Below are positions 19,555 through 27,967 of a stretch of 64,000 bases of DNA, one piece after another. The first letter of the stretch is position 1, and the number at the start of each line of letters is the position of its first letter. The notes under the pieces are model-generated. The model was not told the origin of the DNA. It searched no databases and saw only the letters and a list, made by a program, of their open reading frames with translations. The position numbers were made by a program, and so were the translations under genes. Source of the stretch: Pseudomonadota bacterium (GTDB lineage: Bacteria; Pseudomonadota; Gammaproteobacteria; Steroidobacterales; Steroidobacteraceae); contig JANXOV010000115.1 in NCBI GenBank assembly GCA_025357635.1, positions 4,471-68,470 of the forward strand. The letters are read 5' to 3'.

Positions 19555-20709
19555 ATGACGGATTTCGCGCGCAGTTTTCGGCAGCTTCAGGCACAGGAGC
19601 GAAAGGGGGCGGTCTGGCTTCTTGGCGGGGCGGTGTTTCTGCTGGTTGCCTGGCTGGTATGGGCCGGGGCCGCGCGGGTTTCATTGTTCGAGGAGTCGGC
19701 CGACGCGCGCGTCGAACTCGATGGCGCCACCTTTCCCGTCGAAGCACCGTTTCTGGGACGCATCGTGCTGACCAATTTGCGCGTCGGCCGCGAGGTGCGC
19801 CGGGATGAGGTGCTGGTCGAACTCGATTCGATGCCACAGCAGCTGGAATTGAAGGAGACACAGGTGCGGATCACCGGTCTGGAGGCGCCTTTGACGAAGC
19901 TGCGTGCGCAGATACAAGCCGAGGAGAATCTGCGCGCCGCAGAAGAACAGGGCTCCGTGTCGAGCGCGCGTGAGGCCGCCAGCAGGGTGAACGAGGCCCG
20001 CATTCCTGCGCAGTTCGCGGAACAGGACCTGGAGCGGATCAAATCCCTTTACGCGCAGCGGCTGGTATCCGCGCGCGAACTGCAGAAGGCGCAGAGCGAT
20101 TCGGATCGCATGCGCGTCGCCGTGCATACGCTGCAGGCCGCCGCCGGTCATGTGCCCCAGGATCAAGCCGCCCGCAATCGGGAGCGCGAAGTGCGCATCG
20201 CGCGGTTGCAGGGCGAGATCGCGACGCTCGAGGGTCAACGCGCGGCGCTGCAGGCAGACGCCGCGCGGCTCGACTACGAAATCGACCGGCGCCGCATCCG
20301 CGCGCCGGCGGATGGCCGGATCGGCGAAGCCGTCGTTCTGCAGGTGGGCGCCGTCGTGCCTGATGGAGCACGTCTGGGATCCATCGTGCCGGTGGGCCGG
20401 CTGCTGGTGGTGGCGCATTATCCGGCGCAGGCAGCCTTCGGCCGCATTCGTGCCGGCCAGCGGGCAACCTTGCGGCTGGCCGGATTTCCGTGGGCGGAAT
20501 TCGGCACCGTGTCGGCCACTGTGACGCGCGTCGCGCAGGAGGTGCGCGACGGCAAGGTACGGGTTGAGCTGGCGCTCGCCGCAGGCTCGAGTTTTCGCGG
20601 CACACTCGCGCACGGCATGCCTGGGACGCTGGAAGTGGCGGTGGAGCGAGTGTCGCCGATGGGCCTGACGCTGCGCACGGCCGGGCAATGGCTGACGCGG
20701 CCCTTGTGA
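19555..20709 (+). CDS. HlyD-family membrane fusion protein (periplasmic adaptor)
   Basis: 384 aa with an N-terminal TM (AVWLLGGAVFLLVAWLVWAGA), a long coiled-coil centre and a C-terminal beta-barrel region. A GGGAG Shine-Dalgarno lies 7 nt before the ATG. Confidence 0.85.
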   Translation: MTDFARSFRQLQAQERKGAVWLLGGAVFLLVAWLVWAGAARVSLFEESADARVELDGATFPVEAPFLGRIVLTNLRVGREVRRDEVLVELDSMPQQLELKETQVRITGLEAPLTKLRAQIQAEENLRAAEEQGSVSSAREAASRVNEARIPAQFAEQDLERIKSLYAQRLVSARELQKAQSDSDRMRVAVHTLQAAAGHVPQDQAARNREREVRIARLQGEIATLEGQRAALQADAARLDYEIDRRRIRAPADGRIGEAVVLQVGAVVPDGARLGSIVPVGRLLVVAHYPAQAAFGRIRAGQRATLRLAGFPWAEFGTVSATVTRVAQEVRDGKVRVELALAAGSSFRGTLAHGMPGTLEVAVERVSPMGLTLRTAGQWLTRPL

Positions 20710-23354
20710 CACGGCGCTATTCCATACCCGAGGTCTTCCAGACTTCAGCCGTCAGTTCAGTGTCAGCCTGTCTGCTGGCGCTGCACAGCGGTTTGCGTTC
20801 CCGAACTTCACCGGCTGATTTGCAGTCGGCACTTCAAGATTCCCACGCGGACGCCTCGGTCAAGGGCATCGAAGCGGCTGCACGCCGCGTTGGCGTGGCG
20901 TTGGCGCAGCAGATCCGACCGCAAGCGCTGCTGTTGTCGCGCTCGCTGTCGTCCTGTCTGCCTGCCATCACCACTTTCGACGCTCCACAAGGCAAGGTGC
21001 GCACAGTGGTGCTGTGGCGCACCTGCGGTCCCTGGGTGCAGATCATGGACCCCGATGCCGGCAGGTCGTGGATGTCTCGCCGGGCATTGCTGAAATCGGT
21101 GCACGCAGGCGAACACAGCCTCGCCAAGGCCGCCTGGCTCGAGTGCCTGGCATCACCCGCCTTCGCCGCGGAACTGGAGCAACAGATGCGGGCCCTGGGT
21201 CTGCCGGTCCTGATGTGGCCAGACCGGGCGCATCAAGCGGCCGCTCTGGGTCTGGCGGGCGCTTTGCGTGATGCCGGTCAATTGCCTCCCGGCCCGGAGA
21301 CCGACAAGCTGTGGGCGCTGTGCGCGGTCAATCCCGGGGAGATTCCGCAGCGGTTCTGGCCGGTACGCCCCGATCCTGCCGATGCGCATCGCGTCATTCT
21401 GCGTGGGCCCCTGCTGTTGAGCGTCACCGGCATTGCGGAATCCGGCATCGCGGCGAGCTGCCCGGCAGGTCCGGCGGCGCCCACGGCGTCGCCGGCCATT
21501 GCCGATGTTTTCACCTCTGTTTGGATGCCGGTGTGGGACGCGCTGCGCGGCGCCGGATGGCGTGTGCCGGCCATCATTCTCGCCGCGCTGAGCGCGGCCG
21601 CGGTGGGGACGGTCATTGAGGCCTTGCTGTTCCGCGGGCTGTTCGATTTGGGACGGCATTTGCAGTCGACCGCCGAGCGATTGGGTGCGATGGCTGCATT
21701 GGTCCTGTTCCTTACGATCCTGCTGGCTTTGGACTGGCCGGCCGCCGTCGGCATGTACCGGCTGGGGCGGCGTCTGGAGCTGTTGTTGCGGACACGCTTC
21801 TTGTTGAAGATCCCGGCGATGAGCACCGTCGGCTCTCAGTCGCATCGTGTCGGTGATCTGGCCTTCCGTGCGCATTGGCTGTTCTCGCCGCGCCAGCTCA
21901 TCGAGACCATCGGTTTCAGCTTCTATCTGTTGGCGAACATCGTGCTGACGGGCGCCGCCATCGTCTGGGTGTATCCGGGTTCCTTTCTGCTCGCCACCCT
22001 CGCGGTGATCGGCGCCGGATTTTTGCCGGCGTTTTTCTTTCCCGCCATGGCGCGTCGCGATGTTCGCTACCGTGAGCACAGCGCTGCATTGGGTTCGATG
22101 TACTGGGACTGTCTGCAGGGCGCGCGGGTCATTCAAGCGCATGCCGCACAACCGGGCATGCGTGCGGCGTTTTCCGCCCAGCTTTGCCAATGGGCCGGCG
22201 CAGGCCTGCGTTTACAGTGGGCATTCGCGCGCGCCGAATCCACGCAGTTGGCGATCGCGTGCCTGTGCACCATCGGACTGGTGTATCGGCAGGCTGCCGT
22301 TCAGCAGAGTCCGGCCGGTCTGCTGTTGTTGATCTTCTGGGCGACGTCCATTCCGGTGCTCGGCCGAGAGCTGGCGGCGCAGGTGCGCAGCATTCCGGCA
22401 ATGCGCAGCACGCTGTTGCGTTTTCATGAACTCATGCAGCCCGGCGCCCCGGCCGCGCCGGAAGTTGCGCCGGCCGCGGCTGCGGAGCAAGCGCGGACCC
22501 CCGCCGGCGTCAGCATAGACTTCTCCGAAGTGTCGGTCAGCATGAGCGGGCGGACCGTTCTGGATCGCATCAACCTGTACGTGGGTTGCGGTGAGCACGT
22601 CGGCATCGTCGGCGTCTCCGGCGCCGGCAAGTCCACGCTCCTGGGCTGTCTCTTGGGCTGGCACGGGACCGACAGCGGCCGTCTGCAGGTGGATGGAACA
22701 CCCCTGGACGCAGCGCATCTCGCGCGGCTTCGCAGCGACACCGTCTGGGTCGATCCGCAGGTGCATCTGTTCCGTGCCTCCCTGTTCGAGAATCTGCGCT
22801 ACGGCAATGAGCACACGCCAGCGGGGCAAATCGGCGAGGCGCTGGAGGCGGCGGATCTGGGCCGGGTGCTCGAGTGTTCACCGCAGGGTCTGCAGACGCC
22901 GGTGGGAGAATCCGGGTCGCAGTTGGCGGGTGGCGAGGGCCAGCGCCTGCGCATCGGCCGCGCGATCGCACGTTCGAGCGCGCGCCTGGCGATACTGGAC
23001 GAACCGGCGCGAGGACTGGGGCGTGAGCAACGCCGGCGGTTGATCGCAGCGCTACGCCGCCGCTTTTCGAGTGCCACCTTGCTATGCGCCACGCACGATA
23101 TTGCAGACACGCTCGAATTCGATCGCGTGCTGGTGATCGACGGCGGACGCATCGTCGAGCAGGGCTGCCCGCGGATGCTGAGCGCGGCCGACTCGCGCTA
23201 TCGGGCATTGCTCGATGAAGAGCGCGCGGTCAACCGCGATGCGTGGGCGCTTCCCGGCTGGCGGCATCTGCACTTGCAGGCAGGCGCGCTGCGCGAGGGC
23301 GGCACGATGGGCGAGGTCCGGGCCATCGGTGAAGGCCGGGCGAAGCAGCTATGA
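20688..23354 (+). CDS. ABC exporter (TMD+NBD) with an N-terminal degenerate C39 peptidase-like domain
   Basis: 888 aa. The N-terminus carries C39-like landmarks (Q18, SACL, LPAI, IMDPDAG). Then come about 150 extra residues, six predicted TM helices, and an NBD with Walker A GVSGAGKST, signature LAGGEGQR, Walker B LAILDEP and an H-loop ATHD. The start overlaps the hlyD stop. Confidence 0.8.
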   Translation: MADAALVTRRYSIPEVFQTSAVSSVSACLLALHSGLRSRTSPADLQSALQDSHADASVKGIEAAARRVGVALAQQIRPQALLLSRSLSSCLPAITTFDAPQGKVRTVVLWRTCGPWVQIMDPDAGRSWMSRRALLKSVHAGEHSLAKAAWLECLASPAFAAELEQQMRALGLPVLMWPDRAHQAAALGLAGALRDAGQLPPGPETDKLWALCAVNPGEIPQRFWPVRPDPADAHRVILRGPLLLSVTGIAESGIAASCPAGPAAPTASPAIADVFTSVWMPVWDALRGAGWRVPAIILAALSAAAVGTVIEALLFRGLFDLGRHLQSTAERLGAMAALVLFLTILLALDWPAAVGMYRLGRRLELLLRTRFLLKIPAMSTVGSQSHRVGDLAFRAHWLFSPRQLIETIGFSFYLLANIVLTGAAIVWVYPGSFLLATLAVIGAGFLPAFFFPAMARRDVRYREHSAALGSMYWDCLQGARVIQAHAAQPGMRAAFSAQLCQWAGAGLRLQWAFARAESTQLAIACLCTIGLVYRQAAVQQSPAGLLLLIFWATSIPVLGRELAAQVRSIPAMRSTLLRFHELMQPGAPAAPEVAPAAAAEQARTPAGVSIDFSEVSVSMSGRTVLDRINLYVGCGEHVGIVGVSGAGKSTLLGCLLGWHGTDSGRLQVDGTPLDAAHLARLRSDTVWVDPQVHLFRASLFENLRYGNEHTPAGQIGEALEAADLGRVLECSPQGLQTPVGESGSQLAGGEGQRLRIGRAIARSSARLAILDEPARGLGREQRRRLIAALRRRFSSATLLCATHDIADTLEFDRVLVIDGGRIVEQGCPRMLSAADSRYRALLDEERAVNRDAWALPGWRHLHLQAGALREGGTMGEVRAIGEGRAKQL

Positions 23355-25021
23355 GCGAGCTGTCGAGCTATCTCGAGCGACTTGACGCGGTCACCTCTGC
23401 TGAAGCGCATCCAACCCTGGAAGTTGCCGTGGTTCCTGGCGCCCGTCTTTGGGACTTGTTGCGGGACGCCAGCGTGCCGGCAAGTATTGCGGCTTTGATC
23501 ACCACGCATGTGCTGGAGACCGGCTTTCTGCTGGGCAGTTGGGTGTGTGTCGGGTCGGGCGCATTGAGCGGCCGTCTGGATTATGGCTGGCTCGCAGCCT
23601 GGGCTCTGGCACTGCTGTGCACGGTGCCTCTGCATGCGCTGTCGACCTGGCTGCAGGGGGTCGTCGCCGTGGGATTTGGCGGCGCATTGAAACAATGGAT
23701 GCTGGACGCGGCGCTGCGGGACGATCCTGAGCGCGTCGACTCCAAGGGTGCCGGCAGAGCGCTGAGCGAGGTGCTGGAAACCGTCGCGCTCGATGATCTT
23801 GCCACCAACGGCGGCATCGCCTCCATGCTGGCGTTGATCGAATTGCTGCTGGCGCCGCTGCTGCTGCTGTTGTTTGCCGCCAATACTGGCCTGGAATTCC
23901 TGATCCTGGTGGGCTGGGAGGTGCTGGCGGTGGCGCTGATCCTGCACAACCTGCGGTTGCGCTTTGAATGGACCGGGCAGCGCCTGGCGCTGACCCACCG
24001 GCTCATCGACGCGATGTCCTCGCAAAGGACACGCCTCGTGCAGCAGACGGCGGCGCATCGGCATGATGAGGAGGACCTGCAACTCGAACGCTACCTGCAA
24101 GCCTCCCGCGTGCTGGACGCATCCACCGCCCGGATCGAGACCGCCCTGCCGAGAAGCTATCTGATCGCGTCGTTTCTGGCGCTTGCGCCGGGTTTCGTCT
24201 CCGGTAACGCTTCCTTGCAGCAACTGGCGATCACGGTGGGCGTCATTTTGTTCGCCAAGACGGCATTTGAACGTCTGTGCTTCGGTTTTTCCCGGCCCGC
24301 CACGGCCTGGGTTGCCTGGCGATGCGCCAAACCGGCCTCCGCCTCCGCGCCGGACGTTCAGCCGGCGCCGCTGGCGCACGAGACCATCTCGCACCAGACC
24401 ATCCCTGGAATTCCCGTGCTACATGCGCGCGAACTCGCTCTCGTTCATCCGGGCCGGCTGCATCCGGTGCTGACCCGATGCAGCCTGACGGTGGAGCGCG
24501 GGGACCACGTGCTGCTCGAAGGAGCCGCGGGAAGCGGCAAGTCCACGCTGGCTGCCATCCTGGCGGGCGTGCGTCCGGCGTCGGCGGGATTCGTTCTGGC
24601 TGGTGGATTGGATCGGCCCACGCTGGGCGATGCGGCCTGGCGGCGCCGCGTCGCGCTGGTTCCCCAGTATCACGAAAACCACTTATTTTCGGCGCCTCTG
24701 CTGTTCAATCTGCTGCCGGGGCGCACGGCGCCCGCATCGGCTCGGGAGCAGGCGGAAGCCGAGGCGATCTGCCATGAGCTGGGTCTTGGCTCCTTGCTGC
24801 AACGCATGCCCGCCGGCATTCACGAACTCGTGGGGGATACCGGCTGGGAGTTATCGCAAGGCGAGCGCAGCCGCATCTTTCTGGCGCGTGCCCTGCTGCT
24901 GCGGGCGGATTTACTGATACTGGATGAGAGTTTCGCGGCGCTGGATCCACGCAGCCTGCGGCAATGCCTGGACTGCGTGCGGCGCCGTGCGCCGACCCTG
25001 ATCGTCATCGCGCATCCGTAA
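23351..25021 (+). CDS. ABC exporter half-transporter (TMD+NBD, no peptidase domain)
   Basis: 556 aa with Walker A GAAGSGKST, signature LSQGERSR and Walker B LLILDES. The protein ends one residue after the H-loop (VIAHP*). Its start overlaps the previous gene's stop as ATGA. Confidence 0.8.
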   Translation: MSELSSYLERLDAVTSAEAHPTLEVAVVPGARLWDLLRDASVPASIAALITTHVLETGFLLGSWVCVGSGALSGRLDYGWLAAWALALLCTVPLHALSTWLQGVVAVGFGGALKQWMLDAALRDDPERVDSKGAGRALSEVLETVALDDLATNGGIASMLALIELLLAPLLLLLFAANTGLEFLILVGWEVLAVALILHNLRLRFEWTGQRLALTHRLIDAMSSQRTRLVQQTAAHRHDEEDLQLERYLQASRVLDASTARIETALPRSYLIASFLALAPGFVSGNASLQQLAITVGVILFAKTAFERLCFGFSRPATAWVAWRCAKPASASAPDVQPAPLAHETISHQTIPGIPVLHARELALVHPGRLHPVLTRCSLTVERGDHVLLEGAAGSGKSTLAAILAGVRPASAGFVLAGGLDRPTLGDAAWRRRVALVPQYHENHLFSAPLLFNLLPGRTAPASAREQAEAEAICHELGLGSLLQRMPAGIHELVGDTGWELSQGERSRIFLARALLLRADLLILDESFAALDPRSLRQCLDCVRRRAPTLIVIAHP

Positions 25022-25159
25022 ACGTCACGTTGCCCGATTCGACCTCGACGCCCATCAGCGTGACGACGCCGGGCAGCACCGTTACCGTATCCGCGGCAAC
25101 AACTGCAGCGGCGGCCTGTTCGACCAGTGAGGCGCTCTGCCGCGCCTACTACGGCCTGC

Positions 25160-25444
25160 CTAAATGAGCTCGTCCTTCACCGAACACTTGATGGCATCCG
25201 GGACGTGTTCCTCGGACACTTCAACGGTCTTCGAGCCGCCCGGCGCGTGCCGCGTGATCCGATAGCGGAATCCATCGGCAGTTTTCGGGGCTGTCTTCGG
25301 CGGGCCGGCGAATAATGCGTCGACGGCCTGCTGATCCGCCGCTGACAGCGAGGCGCCATCCATCTGTCCACGGCTGCGCAGATGCGACCCGGAGCCGCCG
25401 AAGCCGGCAAATCCGCCCAACCGTTCGATGTCGAGTCGATCCAT
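25160..25444 (-). CDS. Emfourin-type protealysin inhibitor (M4in-like)
   Basis: 94 aa (MDRLDIERLGGFAGFGGSGSHLRSRG...GFRYRITRH...), starting 2 nt after the stop of the M4 protease gene. Its size, position and GGFAG-type motif match my recollection of the emfourin family. Confidence 0.55.
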   Translation of the reverse strand: MDRLDIERLGGFAGFGGSGSHLRSRGQMDGASLSAADQQAVDALFAGPPKTAPKTADGFRYRITRHAPGGSKTVEVSEEHVPDAIKCSVKDELI

Positions 25445-25446
25445 TG

Positions 25447-26478
25447 CTAAATTCCGATCGTCTTCCAGCCCTTGTCGACCGCGCCGATCACGGTTGCATT
25501 GCCTTTGAACAATCGACCAGCCACCTGCCGTGTACGGTTCGCGAAATCCTTCATCTTCATGTCCGGAATGGAACCCGACCCGGTCAATACTGCATACCAC
25601 ACCTGTCCGATGCTTTCCCAGCTGTTGCCGCCGGCGGATTTGCAGGCGGTACTGAACGCCAGATTCGGCGGGCCGCTGCTGTAGTGCGGATCCATGCCGG
25701 GCGTGATCTGAGAATACTGGGTCGGTTGTGGCGCAAGGCAGGACTGGTCTGCCGGATTCGCCATGTTGCGCAGGCAGGTCAGGCCTTTGGATTTCGCCTG
25801 CGGTCCCAGAATGTCGTGACCGATGAGCCAGTCGGCTTCGTCGACGGTTTGATCGGCCGACCATTGCCGAAACATCGAACCGAAGCAATCAGACAGGCTC
25901 TCGTTCAGACCGCCGGCATCGCCGCTGTAGCCGAGTTGCAGACTGTGCTGCGTAACGCCGTGCGTCAGCTCGTGGCCGATCACGTCGTCACCCTTGGTGA
26001 AATCGACGAAAATCTTCGAATCGCCGTCGCCGTAGACCATCTGCGAGCCGTTCCACATTGCATTGTTGAAGTTCACGCCATAATGGACCGACGACATCAT
26101 CGTCATGCCTGCATCGTCGATCGAATTGCGCTTGAATATTTTCCTGTAGAAATCCGCAACCTTCCTCGTCTGCACGAACGCGCGTTTGGGCGTCGCATCC
26201 CTGGATGTCTTCGGGTTCGGGATCAATGCGCCGGGCAGCGTCTGGGTGTGCCTGCAATCGTAGACCACCACCGCGGGCGCCGCGGCAAGCTCCACCCGTC
26301 GCGCGCCGCGCGAGCGGGTCGCCAACGTCAGTTCGCCTGCTTGTTCGCGCACTTTGCGCATCTGCAGGCTGACGCGCGCGGTGTCGCGCGAGGCTTGGCG
26401 CAGAGCCTTCGACAGCGTCTTGTCCCTTGATAGTCTGTCCAGGACATCGTTGGGAACAATGAAACAGTTGCAGCTCAT
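25447..26478 (-). CDS. Protealysin-like M4 (thermolysin family) metallopeptidase, no signal peptide
   Basis: It carries the HELTHGV zinc motif. The short propeptide starts MSCNCFIVPNDVLDRL, as in protealysin-like proteases. Start set to ATG 26478, with GGAGG 7 nt upstream; the longer track ORF start is not supported. Confidence 0.8.
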   Translation of the reverse strand: MSCNCFIVPNDVLDRLSRDKTLSKALRQASRDTARVSLQMRKVREQAGELTLATRSRGARRVELAAAPAVVVYDCRHTQTLPGALIPNPKTSRDATPKRAFVQTRKVADFYRKIFKRNSIDDAGMTMMSSVHYGVNFNNAMWNGSQMVYGDGDSKIFVDFTKGDDVIGHELTHGVTQHSLQLGYSGDAGGLNESLSDCFGSMFRQWSADQTVDEADWLIGHDILGPQAKSKGLTCLRNMANPADQSCLAPQPTQYSQITPGMDPHYSSGPPNLAFSTACKSAGGNSWESIGQVWYAVLTGSGSIPDMKMKDFANRTRQVAGRLFKGNATVIGAVDKGWKTIGI

Positions 26479-26801
26479 GGGAATCCTCCATGCCGGTGGA
26501 AAACGCAATGATCTCAGAATCAGCCGCTCTGCCGGAGAACCAGGTTTGTCCGTCGAGTCGCAAACTGCGTTCCGCACCACGATTTGAACACAGCGGATTG
26601 GGGCGCTGGTTCGCAGACCCCTGATTCAAAAAGGAATCGATCCGGCGGCCGGTATGGCTTTACCATTCACGCACGCGGTCTTTTGAGCGGATATCGGGCA
26701 TCCTCGATCACTTCCGTAGACGAGTCAACCTCGTTCCGTATTTCGACGAGGATCCATGGCGACTCGACGACATCATTCAATTGCGTATTTTTCAACTCTA
26801 A

Positions 26802-27490
26802 GGAATGTCTGAAAAACTGCTCATGAAAATGTTCGAGAAAACGGGATCGCAATTACGATCGCGAAACGCGCGGCTTTGCACCGCCGATGTAGCGTTTCTG
26901 GCTTCGAAATCGCATATTTCCCAGTTTTCATCGACACCTGTCCTACGCTTTGAGCAATTCTCGTCGCACCATGTAGATATTGGTGAGCGCCGCGGTTACT
27001 TCGAGTCGGTGCAGATTCTTGGCCAGACCGTGGTAGCGGGTCTTGCGAAAGCCGAAGATGTTCTTGATCACAACGAACACATGCTCGACCTTGGCGCGCA
27101 CCCGGGATTTGCTGCGGCTCTTCGCCTTTTCCACTTCATTGATCCGTCCGTTGAATCGATACTGTTTGTTGGTGAAGTCCTTGGCGTTCGGCGCGTGTTC
27201 GTGAATGACATCGCTTTGGCAGTTGAACCACAGCTGCAGAAAGTAAATCCGCAGCATCCGCTCCAGCGGAATTGGCGGCCGTCCGCCACCCTCGCTCACC
27301 TTCGGGTACGCCGACAGCACCGCCGCGGCCGGCTCCGTCCACGGAATGATCTTGTCCATGTCGGTCAGAAGCTGCGCTCTGCGCGTCGTCTTGTCGTACT
27401 TTTCAAAGCCCGTCAATGTCGTCTGCTTCTTCGCGATTTCCGAATGACCGTGAACGCATGATAGGACATCATGGGTAAATCAGAGATTCC
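26802..27490 (-). mobile_element. Internally deleted IS5-family insertion sequence (689 bp) with intact ends
   Basis: Imperfect terminal inverted repeats GGAATGTCTGA (26802-) and GGAATCTCTGA (reverse complement of -27490). It is flanked by a direct CTAA at 26798-26801 and 27491-27494. A truncated transposase ORF lies inside. Confidence 0.8.
26943..27416 (-). pseudogene. IS5-family transposase lacking the central DDE core
   Basis: 157 aa. The N-terminal part is ...IIPWTEPAAAVLSAYPK...GGRPPIPLERMLRIYFLQLWFNCQSD. It is fused to the C-terminal part ...RVRAKVEHVFVVIKNIFGFRKTRYHGLAKN. E. coli InsH has LRIHCMQHWYNLSD and [28 protein letters not shown] separated by about 170 residues. Confidence 0.8.
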
Positions 27491-27927
27491 CTAAACGGTT
27501 TCTACGCCATGCCCACTGCTCAGCGCGGCCCAGGCGCCGATGCGCCAGCATTCGACAATCACATTCGTATCCACCAGCACAGGCCCCCGGTGACGCGCCT
27601 TGACACGCTATGCGTCACTCGATGAGTCGATACCGTGTTGCTTTAGCCAACCTGGCACGTCATCGACGCGAGTGTCTTGGAGAACAAGGGCACCGGTTGA
27701 CGGTCGGGGCGCTCGAGGCCGTTATTGCGTAGCGCCGCGTCTTGTACATCGCGTGCTTCCGCATCGGTCAGCCGGCCCAATCCGGTTCTTGCTGGATTCC
27801 ACCGCCTCCTCCGAATGCTCCGGCGGCAGAGATGCCGGGTAATGCCAAGCGTTCTGCGCAGCAATGACGATTGGCAACCCACGAGCCGTCCGATGTCCCG
27901 GTAGGCGGCAATCCAACGTCCTGCCCA

Positions 27928-27961
27928 CAGCCGTGACAGCCGTGACAGCCGTGACAGCCGT
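27928..27961. repeat. 9-bp tandem repeat (CAGCCGTGA), about 3.8 copies
   Basis: cagccgtga cagccgtga cagccgtga cagccgt is read directly. It lies immediately upstream of the OxyR-like box of ahpC. Confidence 0.9.
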
Positions 27962-27967
27962 ATGCCG

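Noticed and set aside
21153-24394. Long minus-strand ORFs 21153..22190 and 23198..24394
   Set aside because: They are antisense to the two ABC transporter genes. They are Arg/Gly/Gln-rich with no motifs.
25005-25145. Minus-strand frame LVEQAAAAVVAADTVTVLPGVVTLMGVEVESGNVTFTDAR* in the convergent intergenic gap
   Set aside because: It has no start codon after the two TAG stops that open the frame. It overlaps the ABC gene end and has no recognisable family. It competes with the plus-strand small ORF reported as a weak finding.
25315-26430. 371-aa plus-strand ORF
   Set aside because: It is antisense to the M4 protease and emfourin genes, which have clear motifs and a Shine-Dalgarno-supported start.
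27495-27600. PIN/VapC-like toxin start on the minus strand ((GTG)LVDTNVIVECWRIGAWAALSSGHGVETV*), apparently cut by the IS element
   Set aside because: The frame stops within the CTAA target sequence itself, so it would have been only about 27 codons even before the insertion. The sequence on the far side of the IS continues in a different frame with no PIN motifs. The single LVDTNV motif is not enough evidence.
27643-27882. 79-aa minus-strand ORF upstream of the PIN-like motif, considered as an antitoxin
   Set aside because: The N-terminal half is Arg-rich junk. I could not see a ribbon-helix-helix, AbrB or Phd-like motif.
27928-27961. Possible CRISPR array
   Set aside because: The unit is only 9 bp, the copies are directly abutting with no spacers, and there are no cas genes. 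It is a simple tandem repeat.
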